The notes below the pieces were generated by a model that did no database searches, had not been told where the DNA came from, and worked only from the letters and a program-made list of their open reading frames with translations. The translations under genes were made by a program, and so were the position numbers. Below, piece after piece: positions 35,501 to 36,684 of a stretch of 36,684 nucleotides of DNA. Source of the stretch: Chiloscyllium plagiosum (taxonomy: Eukaryota); the NCBI RefSeq assembly GCF_004010195.1, contig NW_025213860.1:1-36684 (forward strand), given 5' to 3'. Every line of letters starts with the position of its first letter. Positions within the stretch are counted from its first letter, which is position 1.

Positions 35501-36684
35501 AGACCCTAACCCCTGAATTAATCCGGCCTCTCCCAATCTCTCAGGCACTGTGTTCCAGACCCTCATACCTGAGCATCCAGCACACTGTCAGGCACTGTGT
35601 TCCAGACCCTAACCCCTGGATTAATCCGGCCTCCCCCACACTCTCAGGCACTGTGTTCCACGCCATAATCCCTGGATTAACCGGGCCTACCCCACATTCT
35701 CAGGCAGTGTGTTCCTGACCCTAAACCTTCGATTAATCCAGCCAAACACACAACCTCAGACACTGTGTTCCAGACACGAACCCCTGGATTAATCCGGCCT
35801 CCCCCACACTCTCAGGCAGTTTGTTCCAGAGCCTAACCCCTGGATTAATCCTACCAATCCCACACTCTCAGGCACTGCGTTCCAGACCAAACCCTGAATT
35901 AATTCGGCCTCCCACACTCTCTCAGGCACTGTGTTACAGACCCTAACCCCTGGATTAATCCTACCAATCCCACACTCTCAGGCACTGCGTTCCAGACCAA
36001 NNNNNNNNNNNNNNNNNNNNCTCAGGCACTGTGTTCCAGACCCTAACACCTGGATTAATCTGCCCTATCCCGCACTATCAGGCACTGTGTTCCAGACACT
36101 AACCCCTGTATTAAACCGACCACCATCATTCTCTCAGACACTGTATTCCCGACAATAAACCCTGGAGTGACCCGGCCTATCGTAAACTCTCAGACACAGT
36201 ATTCCAGAACCGAACAACTGGATTAATCCGGCCTATCCCACACTCTCAGACACTGTGTTCCAGACCCTAACACCTGGATTAATCCACCCTATCCCGCACT
36301 CTCAGGCACTGCGTTCCAGACACTAACCCCTGGATTGACCCGGCCTATCCCACAGTCTCAGACACTGTGTTTGTGTTTCAGACCCTAACCCCTGGATTAA
36401 TCCCCAATCTCTAAGGCACTGTGTTCCAAACCCTAACACCTGAATTAATTTGGCATCCCGCACACTCTCAGCACTGTGTTCCAGAGCATAACCTCTGGAT
36501 TAATCCGCCTAACCCACATTCTTAGACACTGTGTTCCAGACCCTAACACCTGGATTAATCTGCCCTATCCCGCACTATCAGGCACTGTGTACCAGACACT
36601 AACCCCTGGATTGACCCGGCCTATCATACACTCTCAGGCACTGCATTCCAAACACTAACCCCTGGATTGACCGGCCTATCCTAC
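23510..36684. repeat. 56-bp satellite array, >200 units (N gaps 25045-25098, 30161-30795, 36001-36020)
   Basis: Consensus CACTGTGTTCCAGACCCTAACCCCTGGATTAATCCGGCCTATCCCACACTCTCAGG, continuing to the window end. Confidence 0.97.

Noticed and set aside
28542..36658. ORFs of the MFQTLTPGLIQPIPHSQ type
   Set aside because: Translations of satellite units or N gaps; 56 is not a multiple of 3
23510..36684. CRISPR-like array (partly palindromic recurring motif)
   Set aside because: The whole 56-bp unit repeats with no unique spacers; eukaryotic context and no cas genes

Overview
Eukaryotic (vertebrate, probably cartilaginous fish/shark; inferred from Tx1/CR1 repeat content and the ~1.5 kb ITS2) genomic window with four blocks. 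(1) 1-10869: a defective, almost complete endogenous retrovirus on the minus strand. It has a 732-bp 5' LTR, a tRNA-Pro primer-binding site, a tandemly duplicated leader+gag, pro-pol (PR-RT-tether-RNase H-IN), env, PPT and a partial 3' LTR. The Env lacks a visible gamma-type CX6CC motif and instead has the Cys-rich layout of paramyxo/pneumovirus F-like fusogens, i.e. it is lokiretrovirus-like. (2) 10870-14372: AT-rich host DNA, a decayed CR1 LINE, and three stacked 3' ends of a Tx1-clade LINE separated by the same 10-bp target sequence. (3) 14373-23500: one minus-strand 45S rDNA unit (IGS repeats, 5'ETS, 18S, ITS1, 5.8S, ITS2) that breaks off 63 nt into 28S at the Tx1 junction and carries substitutions at conserved 18S sites. 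(4) 23510-36684: a 56-bp satellite containing CCCTAACCC and a GGATTAATCC palindrome. No intact protein-coding gene is present, and most ORF-track entries are shadow ORFs.
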